A stretch of DNA of 63,150 nucleotides, counting the filler, from Chiloscyllium plagiosum (lineage: Eukaryota), in assembly GCF_004010195.1 (NCBI RefSeq). It is 6 parts of one record of this genome, joined end to end, with 100 filler letters (N's around TTAATTAATTAA, not from the genome) between each part and the next. Parts side by side here need not be neighbours in the genome. Positions count along the whole stretch, not along the records: positions 56,838 to 63,150 come from NC_057717.1; 5 more parts are not named here. One strand, 5' to 3'. The translations under genes were made by a program, and so were the position numbers. This document shows, one piece after another, positions 61,382 to 63,150 of this stretch; within the stretch, counting starts at the first letter, position 1; each line of letters opens with the position of its first letter. The notes under the pieces are model-generated. The model worked only from the letters and a program-made list of their open reading frames with translations, was not told the origin of the DNA and searched no databases.

Positions 61382-62022
61382 TGTGATAATGCTGCAGCTT
61401 TAAGAGGTTATTTTGTCCTGGTTTCTTTTAAGAAAGAGATTGAACGATCGTTAACAAGCTGGCGAGTTAGGTCCACTTGAGTAACAGCTAGGGGTGCCTT
61501 AGGTTTATTTTAATGCAGCCTGAATGGGTGTGGCCAGCTCTCACAGATTAGGATCTCTGGGTTTCGGTTTCTGAGTAACACCAGAAACTATTGGGGTCTC
61601 CACAGAGTTGGAAGCTTCAGTGACTATCTCGTGGCTGCTACTCTCTCTGAATTTTCCCTTGATGCTGTTTTTAATTCCTGGATTGGAGAAATGTTTGCGA
61701 CAATCTGTGTCTGTATATTCCTTTTTGCCAATGGCTGTGTTTATGGGAGTTTCCTATATTGGAACATTTCATTAGTAATAGTTCCTAGATCTATTATGCT
61801 GCTAACATGGCCAATAGAGTTACGTTATTCTAAATTCCTCTTTCTTTGGTTTCATTTTATCTTCCTTGTTTAAATAAATGGTGTTGTGCTTCACACCGAG
61901 TAGTCTGACTAGTCACATTGCATCTGGGACAGACAGTTTACATTTCCTTTAAAATAATAACAAAAAGAGTCTAGGTTACTGCCTTCAAATATTGTAGAGG
62001 GGCTCTGGCGTGGTCCATCACT
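61382..62022 (+). mobile_element. Solo LTR, probably Gypsy
   Basis: 641 bp starting TGTGAT and ending ccatcact, flanked by CTAG (61378-61381, 62023-62026), with internal AATAAA; length and 3' half resemble the other LTRs here. Confidence 0.6.
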
Positions 62023-62205
62023 CTAGACTCCTTCCCTTCCTGAGTAATAGGCTGAGGCAGTGAATGGGCTGTCCCTGTTCTTCTCCAATACTGTCAATGG
62101 GCTGAATGACTTCCTGATATTCCTGTGAAAACAGCATGAGATGCTGAATGAACTCTTATTTTACTGTGGCAATGTGCAGTGCCCGCCAGTGCTGTGACAT
62201 GAATG

Positions 62206-62590
62206 TTACAGACACTTTAATAGCACAAGTCTCAATGGAGTCTGGGTCTTGCTGTACATGACACAGACCATTTCAGGAGCTGACAGGGGACAAAATGTTC
62301 TGAACATTGTGGAATCTTCAGTGACCATCCCCACTTCTGATCTTATGGTGGGGAGGTTGGGGGCAGGGAGACATTGATGAAACAGCTGAAGATGTTTGTG
62401 AATGGGGAACCTACCCTGAGGATCTCTCACAGAGGTGACCCAGGACTGAGATGACGAACATCTTCCTTTGTGCCATGTTTGACTCCAAACTGTGGAGAGT
62501 TTAGTCTGATTCCCATTAAGTCCAGTTTTGTTCAGCTCCTTTATGTCAACAGAAGTCAATCACTGCCTTGATATCAGGGCCAGTCATTTT
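62206..62590 (-). mobile_element. Non-LTR RT fragment (CR1/L2 group)
   Basis: PQG..IFSCFIN..PTIRSEVGMVTEDSTMF. Confidence 0.7.
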
Positions 62591-63150
62591 TACCTGAACC
62601 CTTCAGCCTACCTCTTTTGTTCACATCAATACGCCAATGATATTGGAGCAGCAAGTGTTTTCTTCAAACAGGTGGTATTTGAATGTCAGGATTTCTCTTC
62701 TCAAGAATGTTGGGGAGCTAGATGACTGAAAGTATTTGAAGAGGAGGTAGATGGATATTGACTTGTCAGAGAGAAGAGGGCTATGAAGAATTGGGTATGA
62801 AAGAGGATTTGAGACCAAGAGCAGATCAATCATGATCTTAGTGAAGGGCAAGGCAGGCTTGGGGATTGAATGACCTGCCTCTGATTCTGATGTTCTCCCA
62901 TTTTAGTTGGTGTTATTTTTATGAATGTTCTGTTATTGAATGTTGCAGCCATGGAGATCAGAGGATTTTGTGAGCCATCTCTGGGTGAGGTATGGGGTTG
63001 TATTCTCAGTGAATTTGGGTCTACAACATGACCAACAAATAAAGCACAAGCTGCAGAGAATGGAAGCTCTATAAAGAGAAATGAGGGGCCTCTTTCATAC
63101 CCAGAGATGGAAATGTGTTGCTGGAAAAGCGCAGCAGGTCAGGCAGCATC

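Overview
Eukaryotic, repeat-dense genomic DNA from a draft assembly with eight N-gaps. HE1-type V-SINEs with (AATCT)n tails, abundant CR1 LINEs and a GPR139-like receptor family point to a cartilaginous fish (shark). No complete intact gene is visible. Gene-derived sequence: (i) two paralogous GPR139-like class A GPCR coding exons on +, a frameshifted pseudogene at 9903-10812 and an open C-terminal half at 56840-57343 whose start lies in a gap; (ii) heavily decayed Ig-superfamily exons on -, namely a leader plus CD2/SLAM-like V exon pair present twice through a tandem segmental duplication (27632-28346, 35005-35716) and V-set remnants at 6662-7420. Mobile DNA: two Gmr1-clade Gypsy LTR retrotransposons (SCAN-like gag, integrase before RT, tRNA-Pro PBS; one full-length at 48155-54254), a solo LTR, many CR1, RTE and other LINE fragments, SINEs, Tigger-like MITEs, and about ten Penelope-derived pieces from at least three families carrying minimal hammerhead-ribozyme motifs, several as short foldback inserts. 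A 2.5-kb 34-bp minisatellite follows the second GPCR. All calls are by eye; identities are visual estimates and no database search was run.
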